Below, in pieces: positions 21,280 to 31,664 of a stretch of DNA of 64,000 nt. Numbering within the stretch: the first letter of the stretch is position 1; each line of letters starts with the position of its first letter. Made by a program: the position numbers and the translations under genes. Source of the DNA: an uncultured archaeon. GTDB taxonomy: Archaea; Thermoproteota; Nitrososphaeria_A; Caldarchaeales; Wolframiiraptoraceae. A model generated the notes under the pieces. The model had not been told where the DNA came from, did no database searches, and saw only the letters and a program-made list of their open reading frames with translations. The stretch lies in contig CALKCF010000007.1 in NCBI GenBank assembly GCA_938083505.1, forward strand, positions 118,715 through 182,714. The letters run 5' to 3'.

Positions 21280-21738
21280 GGTGCTGAAGATATACACGTT
21301 AGGACTTTCCTTTAAAGTTCGCAGGACAACCCTAGTCTCAGTTGATATCACGCCCTCCATTTTTCCTATCTCATCAAGTATTTTTGCAAGGGCCTCCCTG
21401 TCCTTTACTTTCAGCTTGAGCAAACAATAATAATCTCCAGTCACATCATGAACCTCCTGCACCTCGGGAAAAGAGACCAGTACCTCTAGTACCTTGTCAT
21501 ATAAGTGCGGTTGCGCCTTTACCGCAATAAAAGCTGTCATCGTTTTCCCCATCTTATTTTCGTCAATTATAGCTTGAAACTTTTTGATGTAACCCTGCTT
21601 GATTAGCTTCTTTATTCTGCTGTAGACCGCAGCTTCGCTTATACCAAGCCTCCTAGCTATCTCGGAATAAGAAGCTCTACCGTTTTCTTGGAGTATGTTA
21701 AGAATCATTATGTCTTTTTCGTCCAATCCAGCTTTCAT
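21268..21738 (-). CDS. Lrp/AsnC regulator
   Basis: N-terminal HTH, VTGDY RAM domain. Confidence 0.93.
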   Translation of the reverse strand: MKAGLDEKDIMILNILQENGRASYSEIARRLGISEAAVYSRIKKLIKQGYIKKFQAIIDENKMGKTMTAFIAVKAQPHLYDKVLEVLVSFPEVQEVHDVTGDYYCLLKLKVKDREALAKILDEIGKMEGVISTETRVVLRTLKESPNVYIFSTLSS

Positions 21739-21807
21739 AATCGTCCATAATACGTGTTTTAGGAATATTAAGATTATGTTTATAAATAGTCAACTGCGCC
21801 TAAAGAA

Positions 21808-22773
21808 TTGACGGTTATGCCAACTACGGTCGCTTTAGTTAAGGGTCCTGAGATTCTGAAGTACAGCTTTCCGGCATCGCACCCGATGAATTATCGCAGA
21901 ATTGAGAACTTCTACAAAAAGGTAGAAGCCTTATCCAAAGAAATGTTGGATGCATTGGTGATTGTTACGCCCAAAATGGCGACTACAGAGGAGATAGCGC
22001 TATTTCATGACACCAATTATATAGAATTTGTGAAGAAAAAGTCCCTAGAGGGCAGGGGTTATCTAGACTCTGGTGATACACCAGCCTTTCCTGGAATCTT
22101 TGAAGCGGCCTGTTACGTAGTAGGCTCGACGCTTGAGCTCTGTAGAGTTATTCTTTCAGGAAGTATAAAGAGGGGGTTCAATCCTATGGGCGGCCTCCAC
22201 CACGCCAGGAGGTCATCGGCTTCGGGCTTTTGCGTCTTTAATGACCCCGCAGTGGCCATAACTTACTTACTTAACGTGGCAAACCTCGAGGTCGTAGCGT
22301 ACGTAGACATAGACGCTCACCACGGAGACGGTGTTTGTTATGAGTTCTACGACGATAAAAGGGTTGTGTTTGCAGACATACACCAAGATGGTAGGACACT
22401 CTATCCTGGCACCGGTTTTAGGCATGAAAGGGGATTGGGCGAGGCTGAAGGCTTAAAGCTGAACATACCTTTGCCACCAGGCTCAGGCGACGAGGAGTTT
22501 GAGGCCGCTATGTATGAAGTAAAGGATTTCCTCATGGCACACGATTTCGATTTTATACTCTTCCAATGTGGGGCTGACGGTATAATGGGAGACCCGATCA
22601 CCGATTTGAACTATACAGCGGCTTCACATAGGCTCGCTGCGGAGATTCTATGCGATGTTGCAAACAAGAAATGTGGTGGTAGGATACTCGCCATGGGTGG
22701 CGGCGGCTACAACCCAGAAAATACGGCAGAGGCTTGGACTAACGTCGTGAAAGTTTTCATCGAAAGGACTTAG
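21808..22773 (+). CDS. Histone deacetylase/AcuC family amidohydrolase
   Basis: GGLHHA, GFCVFND, DIDAHHGDG, GGGGY. Confidence 0.95.
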   Translation: MTVMPTTVALVKGPEILKYSFPASHPMNYRRIENFYKKVEALSKEMLDALVIVTPKMATTEEIALFHDTNYIEFVKKKSLEGRGYLDSGDTPAFPGIFEAACYVVGSTLELCRVILSGSIKRGFNPMGGLHHARRSSASGFCVFNDPAVAITYLLNVANLEVVAYVDIDAHHGDGVCYEFYDDKRVVFADIHQDGRTLYPGTGFRHERGLGEAEGLKLNIPLPPGSGDEEFEAAMYEVKDFLMAHDFDFILFQCGADGIMGDPITDLNYTAASHRLAAEILCDVANKKCGGRILAMGGGGYNPENTAEAWTNVVKVFIERT

Positions 22774-23408
22774 CACGACATGAATTTCATGACCTGCCTA
22801 GATATCAGCTTGGAGAGTCTTACGGGTTCTGGTAAGCGGCCATGTAGCGTGAACTTATCCAACAACCTCTTACCGACGTTCAGCTCAACACCTAAGCATC
22901 TGATGAACACTGTGTATCCGGTCCTGAGTCTTACTGCATGCCTTGCACCATTCCTCTCGTAAACTTCAACCCGGGCCTGCCAGTCATTAGGAAAATTTTT
23001 TATGAAGTATTCTCTTATACCTTCGGACTCTTCGTAAGTAATGCATACCAATGGCAAACCAATTGTCTCATACACGACGTTAAGGTCTACTACATTGTAC
23101 CAGCTTATCACACAACCGCTCAGAATTATGGCGTTTATGTCCGTCCTATCAAGCCTCCTATACAGCGAGATGATTGCCTCAGTTGCATCCATGCCGCCCA
23201 CACTGCATTTAGCTATCGCCAGACCATCCACTATGAAGTCGCTCCTCATTACAACCCCTGCCAATATCGAGTTTTTATTGAGCATCTTATCAAAACTCTC
23301 GGCTATTCCGAGGACACGGATTGCTGGCTTATCCAGCCTTAACTTCAGGTGGCTACCCCTCCTGCCAGTAGACCTCGCCGGGCTCCAGGACAGCACCATC
23401 CGGAACAT
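22770..23408 (-). CDS. DUF99 / endonuclease dU family protein (true start probably ~20 codons later)
   Basis: GIAESF, VGGMDAT, PEP.R. Confidence 0.85.
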   Translation of the reverse strand: MFRMVLSWSPARSTGRRGSHLKLRLDKPAIRVLGIAESFDKMLNKNSILAGVVMRSDFIVDGLAIAKCSVGGMDATEAIISLYRRLDRTDINAIILSGCVISWYNVVDLNVVYETIGLPLVCITYEESEGIREYFIKNFPNDWQARVEVYERNGARHAVRLRTGYTVFIRCLGVELNVGKRLLDKFTLHGRLPEPVRLSKLISRQVMKFMSC

Positions 23409-24525
23409 TGCTATACGGTGATATGACCGCGCCGAATTCCCTCTTGCTTGTATCTATCAGTCTGCCTGCAACCATAACCTTTACCGTCTCCTGGCCGACC
23501 GCCTTATACCGCGTAGTGCATCCGACACCGAGCGTAGCACCCTCGCCGACGACCGAGTAGAATATTACGGACCCCTCGCCAATTTTTACGTTCTCTAAGA
23601 TGAGCGAATTACCTAACGTAGCACCATCCCCAACCGACGTACCCTCTAACACGACAGTGTATGGTAAGATCGAGGAACCTTTGCCCAATTTTACGTTCTC
23701 GCCCAAGAAGCATGGACCGAAGAGTCTAGCACCGTTTTCTGTTTCGACGTGTGTGCCCGGACGCAAGAGTTTTCCGCTCTTGGGCGAATAGTTATGTTTA
23801 GACGATAAGTAGTCTAGGAATGTGATGTTGGCGTCCAATAAATCCCATGCCCTTCCAATATCGAACCATAAATTTTTGTTCATCTTTAGCACACATATTT
23901 TATGTCCGTCCTTGACAAGTAGGTTCAGTACGTCTGTCAGCTCGTATTCGCCCCTCGCTGACGGTTTAATCCTAGAAAAATACTTGACGGATTCTGATGG
24001 AAGTATGTATGCTCCAGCGTTCACGTAAGCCTCGTGGAAACCTTCTGCAGGCTTTTCCATTATGTGTTCCAGCATTCCATTTCTCTCTTCCAGAACACCA
24101 AAGTTGCTCGCATCTTTGACCCTAACGGCCAGTATGACACCATCGCAGGCACCTTCATTGAAAGAGGAAAGCATTTTCCCCACGACATCCTCTGTTATGG
24201 TTATGTCACCGTAGACGAGAAGGAAAGCATCCTCACCTTCGAGAAAATCCTTACATACATAAAGCGCATGGGCCGTGCCTAGTAACTCTCTCTGCTGAAT
24301 ATACGTTATCTCCATCGAAAGCCTTTCTCGGTCGACCGCGCGCCTGATCAATTCATCCATGTAAGCGACAGTTATGCCAACGTCCCTTATTCTATTGCTG
24401 ACTAGGGTCTCAAGCACCCTAATCAACACGGGTTTATCGACGAGCGGCAAAAGGTGCTTAGCCTTGAAACTCGTGAGGGGTTTTAGTCTTTTGCCTAGGC
24501 CTGCGGCGAAAACTACGGCCTTCAA
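23353..24525 (-). CDS. Sugar-1-phosphate nucleotidylyltransferase with hexapeptide repeats (GlmU-like)
   Basis: AAGLGKRL.PLT, LGTAHA, RGEYELTD, C-terminal left-handed beta-helix repeats. Confidence 0.9.
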   Translation of the reverse strand: MKAVVFAAGLGKRLKPLTSFKAKHLLPLVDKPVLIRVLETLVSNRIRDVGITVAYMDELIRRAVDRERLSMEITYIQQRELLGTAHALYVCKDFLEGEDAFLLVYGDITITEDVVGKMLSSFNEGACDGVILAVRVKDASNFGVLEERNGMLEHIMEKPAEGFHEAYVNAGAYILPSESVKYFSRIKPSARGEYELTDVLNLLVKDGHKICVLKMNKNLWFDIGRAWDLLDANITFLDYLSSKHNYSPKSGKLLRPGTHVETENGARLFGPCFLGENVKLGKGSSILPYTVVLEGTSVGDGATLGNSLILENVKIGEGSVIFYSVVGEGATLGVGCTTRYKAVGQETVKVMVAGRLIDTSKREFGAVISPYSNVPDGAVLEPGEVYWQEG

Positions 24526-24588
24526 CGATCTCTACCAAACCTACATCACTTTAAAAGATATTAAGCTTTAGTCTGAACTTTTGCTGGT

Positions 24589-25626
24589 ATGGGCATAACT
24601 TTCGTGGGCATTGGCCTAGGTCCAAGACGCCATATCACGGAGGCAGCAATTGAAAGCATCAAAGCAGCAGACATGGTGTTCCTCGACACTTACACGGGAA
24701 CGCTTCCTAATGAAACTGTAGAATTTCTTCGCACGATAAGCAGGCATTTAATACTAGCTGACCGCTACCTGCTGGAGGACGGTGTCGGTTTTGTGCTAAC
24801 CGAGGCCACCAAGAAAGACGTGGTTATAGCGGTTCAAGGTGACCCGTTTATAGCCACAACACATATATCAATAATGCTTGAGGCGCATAAGCGTGGAATT
24901 GCTTGTAAGGTGATTAGCGGCATATCTTCATATTCAGTAGCGGCAAGCCTGTCCGGCCTCCAAGCTTACAAATTTGGCAGGGCTGTTACGTTACCAATTG
25001 AAGGAAATATCGAGCATGTAAAATCTGTATACAAAAGCATCTCGGAGAACATGTCCAGAGGTTTGCACACGCTTGTCTTCCTCGACACTAAGGATGGTGG
25101 TTTGACGATACCTGTTGCCCTCGGCCGCTTAAGAGAGTTGGAGAGCACACTCAGAAAGGGCTTGGTAGCAGACGACAGACTTGTCATAGCCCTTGCAAGG
25201 CTAGGATACGAGGACGGGCTCATAAGGGCTGGAAGGGTTGCAGAGTTGGTTACCGCGAGTTTCCCGGAACCTCCGCACATGCTGATATTCCCTGGAAAGT
25301 TGCATTTTTTAGAGCGTGAGGCGCTTATAAGACTTCTTGGCGCTCCTCGTGAATGTGTAGAGGCCTATGAGCCGGTAGGGTACGAGGTTGATAAGGTGAG
25401 GCGCTACATAGATGCCTGTGAGAGGGTTTTATCCAAGTTGGGCAGCTCGGCGAAGGAGACGAAGATCAATGAGGTACTGAGTATTGCCAAAAGCTACCTA
25501 GACGATTCGAAATTTTTCCTGAAGTCAGGGGACCTTTTTGATTCGTTAGCCGCGATCTCGTATTGCGAGGGGCTGCTTGATACTCTGAGGATTATGGGCT
25601 ACGTTGAGTTTGATTGGAAGCCATAG
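24589..25626 (+). CDS. dph5: Diphthine synthase fused to DUF357
   Basis: GDPFIATTH, GLQAYKFG, GLHTL.FLD; C-terminal A.SY..D...F...GD....A.ISY.EGLLD. Confidence 0.92.
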   Translation: MGITFVGIGLGPRRHITEAAIESIKAADMVFLDTYTGTLPNETVEFLRTISRHLILADRYLLEDGVGFVLTEATKKDVVIAVQGDPFIATTHISIMLEAHKRGIACKVISGISSYSVAASLSGLQAYKFGRAVTLPIEGNIEHVKSVYKSISENMSRGLHTLVFLDTKDGGLTIPVALGRLRELESTLRKGLVADDRLVIALARLGYEDGLIRAGRVAELVTASFPEPPHMLIFPGKLHFLEREALIRLLGAPRECVEAYEPVGYEVDKVRRYIDACERVLSKLGSSAKETKINEVLSIAKSYLDDSKFFLKSGDLFDSLAAISYCEGLLDTLRIMGYVEFDWKP

Positions 25627-27392
25627 TTCTTCGCTCTTTTATAGTTTGTTGGCCTAAGTGCTCCGGCCAAAGCCTCTGATATGTGTTTTATGTTGGCCGC
25701 GCACGACCTATATAACTCTTCGTAGACCTTCAGGGCTTGCTCTAGGCACTCATTATATGTCTTAGCACCTCTGCTGAGCATCTCCATGAAATCCTCTACG
25801 AATTTTCTCGTATCTGGTGTAACGAGTCTCTCGTCCACGCTGGACAAGGCCTCAATAAGCCTCATACCCAGTTCTGTCGGATAAAAACTTCTGCCTCTCT
25901 TCACGACATAGCCCCTTTCCACCACTATCTTAGGATACTCAGCGCGTGTGGCATCGGTTCCTATGCCGTTCTTTTCCATGAGCTCCAATAGTGCAGACTC
26001 CGTGAGCCTTGGCGGAGGCCTGGTTTTCTCTTCCTTCAGCTCCGACTTAATGACCCCTAAGGTATCACCAGGTGACAGTTTAGGTATGGGCGTGTCCTTT
26101 GGCATAAAGTACTCGAATATTGTGAAGAACCCTTTCCGGGCGATGACCGTGCCCGACGCCCTTACGATAGCATTTCCTACGCTTATCTCCGCTGAGCTTC
26201 CCATCAGCCTGGCGTTGTCGAATAATACATTCGCGGCAAACCTCCTCGCTATGTATTCCCAGACAGTTCGCTTAAGCGAACTGTCTTTGGTGTAAGGCTT
26301 TATAGGATATATCGGAGGATGGGCACCATCGTCCTTTCTTCCGTTAAGCGGTTCAATTCGCATCTTGTCCAAGTCTCCAAGTAGCCTGGATAGGTCGGAG
26401 CGGGCCAAAGCCTCGATGGGCTCTCTGAAGTTAAAGTCGTGCCTAAACCTATTAGTCTCGGTCCTCGGGTACGAGCAGTAACCCTCGGCGTAAAGCTCCT
26501 CTGCTATGGAGAGCAACATGTCTGCTGAGATGCCCGTTATCTTCGTCAAATCTTTGAGGAGTGTGTCGGTATCAAGAGGCAATGGTCTTTGAATCGTCTT
26601 TTCCTCTTCGTCGTAGGATAGGACGCTCCCGTTCTTCTGCCCCTCAACGCTTTTCCAAATAACCTTGGCCTTTTCGGCATCTTTCATATTTTCGCTCTTG
26701 GCCTCAAACTCCTCGCCGTCCCATGTCCTGAACCTTATCCGAATGTACCAGAACGGCTTCGCTATAAAGGAAATTATTTCCCTCTCCCGCTTAACGATGA
26801 AGCCCAGAGTAGGTGATTGGCAGGAGCCCCACGATATGAGTCTGACATTTTGGCGCTTTCTCGTCTCTTTTGTAAGCAGCCTCGTGAAGGCCGCACCCGT
26901 CACGAGGTCGAAGTGTTGTCTGAACATAGCCTTCATGACCCAGTTCATCCTTAAGGAGTCCTCGAGGCTGTTCCATGCCCTCCAAAGCTCGCTTGGATTC
27001 GTCGAGTTAAACCTCATCCGCTTATATGGTGCCTGGTTTCCCCTATTGGTCCTATAGATCGAAAGTATCTCGTAACCGATCAACTCACCTTCTGGATCAT
27101 TATCGGTCGCTATGATGAGCGTTTCGGTTTTTTTGAAAACCTTTTCAAGCTTTTTGTAAGACCTTTCGTCGGAGACGATGTTTCTAAATTCTCTGACTGA
27201 AAATAACTTGGATGGGTCTATGTTGTTCCATTCATAACCTTCAGGAAAGTCCGCATTCAGCACATGCCCTCTAACAGAAGTGATGTAAGCGTTTACGCCT
27301 TTATCCTTCAGAGCCCTCGCTATGCTTCTTGCAACGCTAGGTTTTTCCGCCACTATTATGTATGAATACCCCTCGTCTTCACCCACATGCAT
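25599..27392 (-). CDS. topA: Type IA DNA topoisomerase (TopoIII-like, no C-terminal Zn fingers)
   Basis: AEKPS, DND.EGE, SYPRTE, GIGT.ATR. Confidence 0.93.
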   Translation of the reverse strand: MHVGEDEGYSYIIVAEKPSVARSIARALKDKGVNAYITSVRGHVLNADFPEGYEWNNIDPSKLFSVREFRNIVSDERSYKKLEKVFKKTETLIIATDNDPEGELIGYEILSIYRTNRGNQAPYKRMRFNSTNPSELWRAWNSLEDSLRMNWVMKAMFRQHFDLVTGAAFTRLLTKETRKRQNVRLISWGSCQSPTLGFIVKREREIISFIAKPFWYIRIRFRTWDGEEFEAKSENMKDAEKAKVIWKSVEGQKNGSVLSYDEEEKTIQRPLPLDTDTLLKDLTKITGISADMLLSIAEELYAEGYCSYPRTETNRFRHDFNFREPIEALARSDLSRLLGDLDKMRIEPLNGRKDDGAHPPIYPIKPYTKDSSLKRTVWEYIARRFAANVLFDNARLMGSSAEISVGNAIVRASGTVIARKGFFTIFEYFMPKDTPIPKLSPGDTLGVIKSELKEEKTRPPPRLTESALLELMEKNGIGTDATRAEYPKIVVERGYVVKRGRSFYPTELGMRLIEALSSVDERLVTPDTRKFVEDFMEMLSRGAKTYNECLEQALKVYEELYRSCAANIKHISEALAGALRPTNYKRAKNYGFQSNST

Positions 27393-27492
27393 CCAGCCTT
27401 ATTGGAATGAATGCATGGAACTTTACTTTATTACGTTTATGCATATTAGGGTTTAAACAAGAAATAAATAACCGTAAATTTGCAATAACTTC

Positions 27493-27858
27493 ATGAATGG
27501 AAGAAACGAGTCGTGCTATAATTGGGTGCACATCCCAGAGGATAGACTAAAATCTAACATAAGTAGGAAGGCAATACACGGGGAAAATATTACAATCGGC
27601 ATGTTCTTCCTCAAGAAGGGGGCAAAAGTCGAATCGCACAAGCACGTTAACGAGCAGATGAGCTGTGTCCTGTCTGGAGCCGTAAAGTTCATCATGGTTG
27701 ATGGAAAGGAGTACGTGGTATCACAAGGTATGGTAATGCATATTCCACCCAATGTTGAGCATGCGGCCATAGCATTAGAAGACTCTGTTGTTATGGACGT
27801 CTTCAGTCCTCCAAGAGAAGATTGGAAAAAAGGTGCTGATCAGTATCTAAGAAAATAA
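27493..27858 (+). CDS. Cupin domain protein
   Basis: H.H..EQ, IPPN..H, D.FSPPRED. Confidence 0.9.
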   Translation: MNGRNESCYNWVHIPEDRLKSNISRKAIHGENITIGMFFLKKGAKVESHKHVNEQMSCVLSGAVKFIMVDGKEYVVSQGMVMHIPPNVEHAAIALEDSVVMDVFSPPREDWKKGADQYLRK

Positions 27859-27906
27859 ATAGAACGTTTAAAAATGACACCTATTCTTTCTACAAGATAA
27901 TAGGCG

Positions 27907-28389
27907 ATGTCGTTGAGGGCGGATGCTGCTAGGAAGAAAACAGTCATAGCCTCTGGTGCCTTCGATATCTTGCATCCAGGCCACATAAAGTTTTTGGAAG
28001 AGGCTAAGCGTGTAGGTGGTAAAAATTCCACGCTCATAGTAATCGTTGCTAGGGATAAGACTGTGAAAGAGAATAAGGGAAGGGATACCGTCTTCAGCGA
28101 GGATGCTAGGCTCCATATGGTTCAAGCCCTGAAGCCCGTGGATAAGGCGGTCTTGGGATATCGGCCTTTTTCTTTCGAGAAAGTGGTCAAAAAGTACAGG
28201 CCGAATATCGTGGTCTTTGGCTACGACCAGGTATGGCTTATGGAAAAGTTCAAGAAACTATGTCGGAGAAAGAAGTTGAACATCAATATTAAGGTGTTGA
28301 AGAAGTATGACCTCGGAAACATTAACAGCAGCTCGGAGGTAATAAAGAAAATCAAGAAGCTTCGGACGTTTAAAAGAAGAGCAGGATAA
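27907..28389 (+). CDS. ribL: FAD synthase (cytidylyltransferase family)
   Basis: GAFDILHPGH, VARD, GYDQ, SSS. Confidence 0.85.
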   Translation: MSLRADAARKKTVIASGAFDILHPGHIKFLEEAKRVGGKNSTLIVIVARDKTVKENKGRDTVFSEDARLHMVQALKPVDKAVLGYRPFSFEKVVKKYRPNIVVFGYDQVWLMEKFKKLCRRKKLNINIKVLKKYDLGNINSSSEVIKKIKKLRTFKRRAG

Positions 28390-28558
28390 TACCTGCGATA
28401 ATCAGCAACGTTATCATGAAAAGCATTAATCCGCTTGTAAGCGAAAACACGAAAGAAGGTGTTGTGAGCCAATAGAGGAAAAGAGAGCCGAAGGCAAGTA
28501 TAATCGCTCCTAGAATCTTTGTCCATATTCTAACCAAATACGACTTTATAGTGCTCAT
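28370..28558 (-). CDS. Small two-TM membrane protein
   Basis: Two hydrophobic helices; fills an intergenic gap. Confidence 0.45.
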   Translation of the reverse strand: MSTIKSYLVRIWTKILGAIILAFGSLFLYWLTTPSFVFSLTSGLMLFMITLLIIAGIILLFF

Positions 28559-28740
28559 GCTTTCTCTTCAATCTTCTTGATACCGAGAATTATATTTATG
28601 TTACGCAGAGTTGTGCGATGTGCAGGTAAGATGTTTCAGGGTTTGATAAACGGATAATCTCGATGTGATATTCTTCGTCAAGTTTTCAAGAAGGGCTAAA
28701 TAGTTCGCTGAAAGGAGTGAACTTCGAAGGTAGATAATGA

Positions 28741-29373
28741 ATGAAAATAACAGGAATAACAAGAAAAAGGGATGATGAGGAAAAGTTGGTAGGAGTGGCC
28801 AATATGAGCTTTGCTAGAGATAGGTTAATGGATGTCATTACGCAACTAAAGATTCAAGCGGAAAAACTGAACAGGACGTCCCAGAGACTCGCAGCAAGGG
28901 GCAAGGAGTTATTTGAGATGTGTGTAAGGGCGGAACAGGAGAGGGACAAGGGCAGGGCGACGATATACGCCAACGAAATAGCTCAACTCAGGAAGATATC
29001 CCGTACAATTTTGAAGAGTCAGCTTTCCCTAGAGAAAGTAATCCTAAGGTTGGAGACCGTGAAGGAATTCGGAGACGTCATGAACGTCCTCGGCCCGGCA
29101 ACGAGTATAATAAGGCAAGTGCAGTCAGAGATCTCTGGATTAGTCCCAGAGGTTGCCTATAACCTAAGGCAAGTTGACGAGATGCTCGAGGGCATAATCG
29201 TTGAGGCTGGAAGCGTAACCGGCGCATCTGTCCAAGTTATGGTGAGCGACAGTGAGGCACAGAGGATACTCGAGGAGGCTGCTGAAATAGCTGCCCAGCG
29301 TATGAAGAGCACATTCCCTGACTTACCAGAAGGTTACAGGCACCTAGAAACATCGACCGAGCCGAAGCAGTAG
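28741..29373 (+). CDS. Snf7/CdvB (ESCRT-III) family protein
   Basis: A.IYANE.A.LRK, L.LE...LRLETV..GD, EA..IL.EA..A, C-terminal FPDLP. Confidence 0.88.
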   Translation: MKITGITRKRDDEEKLVGVANMSFARDRLMDVITQLKIQAEKLNRTSQRLAARGKELFEMCVRAEQERDKGRATIYANEIAQLRKISRTILKSQLSLEKVILRLETVKEFGDVMNVLGPATSIIRQVQSEISGLVPEVAYNLRQVDEMLEGIIVEAGSVTGASVQVMVSDSEAQRILEEAAEIAAQRMKSTFPDLPEGYRHLETSTEPKQ

Positions 29374-29470
29374 TCAAACGTCAGTATACCAATAGCTTCA
29401 GCGACCTAAAAAACCAAGGACGAAACGTGACCTACCAAAAAATGAGGGGTGTTAATGCTGATGTGCCTGC

Positions 29471-31063
29471 TTAGAATTGCGTTTTCGACGGCAACCTCCT
29501 TAAGACTCCGAGCTCGTAAACGTAACCATCGACTATAGCATTTAAACTTGCTTCCAGTATATTTTTTGATACATGCGTCGTTGTCCAAGTATTACCTTCA
29601 GATGCGAATTCAACGAAGACTCTTACGGATGCTGCTGTACCATCTTCGCTGTCTACAACGCTTACCTTGTAGTTGACAAGCCTCGTACCCCTTAAATCCG
29701 GGAACCTGCTTGATAGAGCCTCCCTAAGAGCTATGTCCAATGCGTGAACCGGGCCAACACCTTCTCCCATTGCTACGACACTACTTCCGCCCATGTCTAT
29801 TGACACGATTGCTTTAGATACGGGCCTATTACCAGATTTGAAAGTCTCGACCCACCAGAAAGTTACTTTAAAGCACGTTGGGTCGATTCCTAAGGACTTT
29901 AACATTAGGAGCTTTACAGTAGCGTCAGCAGACTCAAGATGATACCCCTCAGCCTCCAGCCTCTTTATTTCCTCTAGGCACTTTGTCGTATCCTGTTTAG
30001 ATAACTCTAGTCCGAGCTCCTTTGCTATGTTCACGAGCGCGGACCTTCCTGAGAGCTCTGATACGGACATCGTTCTGCTGTTTCCGACAAGGTCCGGATC
30101 TACGTGCTCGTAAGTACTTGGATTTTTCAGCACAGCATCTACATGTACCCCGGCCTTATGTGCGAATGCATTTCTTCCAGTATAAGGTTGTCCCAAAATT
30201 TCTGGCATACCCGTAACTTCGTAAATATATCTTGAGGTCTTTGTCAGCATCTTTAAACCATCCTTATTCTTAAGAACACTGTACCCCATCTTCAGTTTTA
30301 GGTTTGGTATTATTTGACATAGGTCGGCATTCCCACATCTTTCTCCAAGCCCGTTTATGGTTCCTTGCACGTGTCGAACACCAGATTCCACAGCAGTCAA
30401 CGTGTTAGCAACAGCAAGACCTGAATCGTTATGTGCATGTATCCCCAGCTGACAACAGTCGATGTGATTCTTGACATAGGATGTTATACTTTTTATCTCG
30501 CTAAATAGAGAGCCGCCATTAGTGTCACAAAGTACAATAGCCCTGGACTTCGAAGCGCATGCGGCCTTCACAACTTCCATGGCATAATCTTTATCGTCTT
30601 TAAATCCGTCGTAAAAATGCTCTGCATCGAATATAACGTCCAAACCATGCTCCCTAAGGTAGTCTATAGTCTCGGTAATCAGCTGTATGTTCTCCTCTGG
30701 TGTGCACTTAAGAACTTCTCTAACGTGTAGGGTCCAACTTTTCCCGAATATAACAGCGTACTCTACATCTGAGTTCAGTATAGCATTCAAAGATTGGTCC
30801 TCACTTACCCTTACGTCCTTTCGTTTTGTGCTACCGAACGCGGCCATCTTGCTATTCTTTAAGGATATTTCTTTAAAGGTTTTGAAGAACTCTTCGTCCT
30901 TTGGGTTTGAGCCTGGCCATCCTACTTCAATTATGTCTATACCGAGTTCATCCAGCACCCTTACTATGTTAAGCTTATCTTGGAGGGTAAAGGTGATGCC
31001 CCTTGTCTGCGCTCCGTCTCTGAGCGTAGTATCGAGAATTTCAACGTAATCGAAGCCGTTCAC
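29471..31063 (-). CDS. cimA: Citramalate synthase (LeuA family)
   Basis: DTTLRDGAQ, GWPGSNPKD, DAEHF.DG, HAHND, AHKAG.H. Confidence 0.9.
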   Translation of the reverse strand: MNGFDYVEILDTTLRDGAQTRGITFTLQDKLNIVRVLDELGIDIIEVGWPGSNPKDEEFFKTFKEISLKNSKMAAFGSTKRKDVRVSEDQSLNAILNSDVEYAVIFGKSWTLHVREVLKCTPEENIQLITETIDYLREHGLDVIFDAEHFYDGFKDDKDYAMEVVKAACASKSRAIVLCDTNGGSLFSEIKSITSYVKNHIDCCQLGIHAHNDSGLAVANTLTAVESGVRHVQGTINGLGERCGNADLCQIIPNLKLKMGYSVLKNKDGLKMLTKTSRYIYEVTGMPEILGQPYTGRNAFAHKAGVHVDAVLKNPSTYEHVDPDLVGNSRTMSVSELSGRSALVNIAKELGLELSKQDTTKCLEEIKRLEAEGYHLESADATVKLLMLKSLGIDPTCFKVTFWWVETFKSGNRPVSKAIVSIDMGGSSVVAMGEGVGPVHALDIALREALSSRFPDLRGTRLVNYKVSVVDSEDGTAASVRVFVEFASEGNTWTTTHVSKNILEASLNAIVDGYVYELGVLRRLPSKTQF

Positions 31064-31162
31064 CTCGAACTTTTTGGCACTATAAATGATGAACTTGTAT
31101 AAAAATATTTTAGATAAAGTGTAGCGAAAGATGCGGTATGTAGAGTTAAGGTTGTTGTAGCA

Positions 31163-31560
31163 TTACTTTCTTTTAGGCTGAACAAGCTCGTATATGACGC
31201 CGTAAATGTGTTTTGGTTCTACGAACGCTATCAACATGTGCAGCACTTCGCTTATCGACTCCTCATCTGTGAAAGACATTCCAAGCTTCCTCAACCTATC
31301 GACCTCCTCTTTTATGTTACTAACTTCTACGCCGATATGATGCAAACCCTCATCTTTTTCCTCAAGCAATCTGTAAAGCTGAGAGTTGGGAGGGGTTGGC
31401 TGTAAAAGTTCGAGAATCGTGTCATCGAACTTTATCCACACGAGCTTCAGTTTCCTTTTTCATCAATTACGTATTCGCCGACTATTAACACTCTTAAGAA
31501 AGTTTCTTTCACAGTATCGGCATTTTTTACAACTACGCTAACATGATGCAACCTTGCCAT
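31163..31560 (-). pseudogene. VOC family (methylmalonyl-CoA epimerase-like), frameshifted
   Basis: ATG 31560 gives MARLHHVSVVV..; one A short in GAAAAAGG (~31456-31460) before KLVWIK..EGLHHI..ELVQ. Confidence 0.7.
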
Positions 31561-31664
31561 GCCATGCCGTTTGTTGAGAACAAATATTAAGGGTCATGCT
31601 GTCGCAGGCTCCTAAGCGCCTCCTAATAAGGTCACCATGTATAAAAGAGCTCAAGGCAGAGGCG

